From NCBI GenBank assembly GCA_034002365.1, contig JAVFAR010000003.1, positions 490-64,489 on the forward strand: a stretch of 64,000 nt of DNA, given 5' to 3'. The DNA is from Trichloromonas sp. Its GTDB lineage: Bacteria; Desulfobacterota; Desulfuromonadia; Desulfuromonadales; Trichloromonadaceae. Below are positions 62,668 to 64,000 of this stretch, in pieces; position 1 is the stretch's first letter; each line of letters begins with the position of its first letter. The notes under the pieces are model-generated. The model saw nothing but the letters and a program-made list of their open reading frames with translations, searched no databases and had not been told where the DNA came from. The position numbers were made by a program, and so were the translations under genes.

Positions 62668-62677
62668 CCGTGTTACC

Positions 62678-62824
62678 TCACAGGGTGGTGAACAAAACGT
62701 AAGCGAGATAGAGACAACTGACCGCGAAGATGACGGCGAACACCGGGCGAAAGCCGGGAACCGGATCATGGGCCAAGATCATTAATTCCTCCCCGTGGGG
62801 GTCGTGCCGGGACTCGTGACTCAT
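62678..62824 (-). CDS. 48-aa single-TM protein in the Mrp cluster
   Basis: Not in the ORF track. RBS GGAGG; MSHESRHDPHGEELMILAHDPVPGFRPVFAVIFAVSCLYLAYVLFTTL*. Confidence 0.65.
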   Translation of the reverse strand: MSHESRHDPHGEELMILAHDPVPGFRPVFAVIFAVSCLYLAYVLFTTL

Positions 62825-62845
62825 GGAAACCTCCTGGCGAACGCG

Positions 62846-64000
62846 CTAGGGGAAAAGGGCGACCCGGATCAATCCTAGAAAGATCTGGGGAAAGAAGAAC
62901 AGAACCAGGGAGCAGAGCGCCGTGATCGACAGGGGCAGCAGGCAGAAGAGCGGCGCTTCCTGAACCCCGGATTCCGTCTCGCCTTCGGGGAGTTTGGCGA
63001 AAAATCCCCGGTAGACGATGGGGAAGAAATAGGCGGCATTGAGAAGAGAGCTGACCAATAGCACCACCACCAGCACGATCTGCTGCGCTTCAAAAGCGCC
63101 GATGACCAGATTCCACTTGCTCAGAAAGCCCCCCATCGGCGGCATGCCGATGATGCTCATGGAGCCGAGGAAAAAAGCCAAATAGGTGATCGGCATCTTG
63201 CGGCCGAGACCGTCCATCTGGCTGATGTATTTTTTGTGATGGGCGACGTAGATCGCCCCGGCGCAGAAGAAGAGGGTGATCTTGCCGAAGGCGTGCATAG
63301 CGATGTGCAGCACGCCGCCGGTCATCCCCGCCGCCGTCAGCATGCCGGCGCCGAGAATCATGTAGGAGAGTTGGCCGATGGTCGAATAGGCGAGGCGCCG
63401 CTTGAGGTTGTCCTGGGTCAGCGCGACCAGCGAGGCCGTGAGGATGGTGATCGAGGCGATGGTGGCGATGACTACCCCGAGATTCAGATCGCGCAGCAGG
63501 TCGGGGCCGAAGATGTCGAATATCACCCGGAGGATGGAGAAAACCCCGACCTTGACCACCGCCACGCCGTGGAGGAAGGAGCTGACCGGCGTCGGCGCCA
63601 CCATGGCCGCCGGCAGCCAGCCGTGAAAGGGCATGATCCCGGCCTTGGCGAAACCGAAGATGAAGAGGACCAGCAGCAGGGCGACGGTATTCGGCGAGGC
63701 GCAGCCGGTCAGAATGCCGCCCTGGGTGAAGTCAAGGGTGCCGGCGGCCTGATAGGTGATGAGCATGGCCGGCAGAACCAGCCCGATGGAGGTACCGAGA
63801 ATGTAGGTAAGATATTTCCGGCCCGAGGCTCGTGCCTCGGCGGTCTGTTCGTGAGCGACCAGCGGGTAGGTCGACAGGGAAAGCATCTCGTAGAAAAGAT
63901 ACATGGTCAGCAGATTGGCCGAGAAGGCCACGCCGATGGTGGCGGAAATAGCCACCGCGAAGGAAGCGAAATAACGGGTCTGATCATGCTCCCCGAGGCT
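62846..64000 (-). CDS. Monovalent cation/H+ antiporter subunit D family protein (5'-partial)
   Basis: FYEML, KAGIMPFHGWLPAAMVAPTPVS, KRRLAYST, HAFGKITLFF. Continues beyond the window. Confidence 0.9.
   Translation of the reverse strand, partial: SLGEHDQTRYFASFAVAISATIGVAFSANLLTMYLFYEMLSLSTYPLVAHEQTAEARASGRKYLTYILGTSIGLVLPAMLITYQAAGTLDFTQGGILTGCASPNTVALLLVLFIFGFAKAGIMPFHGWLPAAMVAPTPVSSFLHGVAVVKVGVFSILRVIFDIFGPDLLRDLNLGVVIATIASITILTASLVALTQDNLKRRLAYSTIGQLSYMILGAGMLTAAGMTGGVLHIAMHAFGKITLFFCAGAIYVAHHKKYISQMDGLGRKMPITYLAFFLGSMSIIGMPPMGGFLSKWNLVIGAFEAQQIVLVVVLLVSSLLNAAYFFPIVYRGFFAKLPEGETESGVQEAPLFCLLPLSITALCSLVLFFFPQIFLGLIRVALFP

Overview
This window is the replication-origin region of a high-GC Desulfuromonadales-like bacterium (taxonomy inferred from gene order and the split atp operon). 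Most of it is core genome: uvrA, pdxA, surA, mfd, nadA, tatBC, atpF'FHAGDC, bactofilin-parAB, rsmG-mnmG-mnmE, yidC-yidD-rnpA-rpmH, oriC with dnaA-dnaN-recF-gyrB-gyrA, gpsA, ppiA, nth, the CIRCE-controlled hrcA-grpE-dnaK-dnaJ operon, hemW and the end of an Mrp antiporter cluster. The best candidate for an undescribed system is at 1-4.3 kb. It begins with the 3' end of a gene missing from the ORF track that encodes 36-aa Asn/Gly/Ala-rich imperfect repeats with amyloid-like composition. It continues with a secreted protein carrying one degenerate copy of the repeat, a CsgG/HfaB-like lipoprotein fused to a peptidoglycan-binding-like domain and Pro/Ala tail, a tandem LPP20/FlgP-like protein, two unknowns and a DUF2807 beta-helix protein. 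Together these suggest a non-canonical functional-amyloid or surface-fibre secretion operon. Other signals not shown by the ORF track are a candidate small membrane selenoprotein (UxxxxC with a SECIS-like hairpin), a GTAG-family REP doublet inserted in frame in uvrA, a truncated cheW remnant, a DnaA-box triplet upstream of nth, a Bacillus-like unwinding element (DnaA-trios) at oriC, two parS sites and a deep AT-rich trough over the origin genes. All family assignments come from motif recognition by eye, with no database searches.
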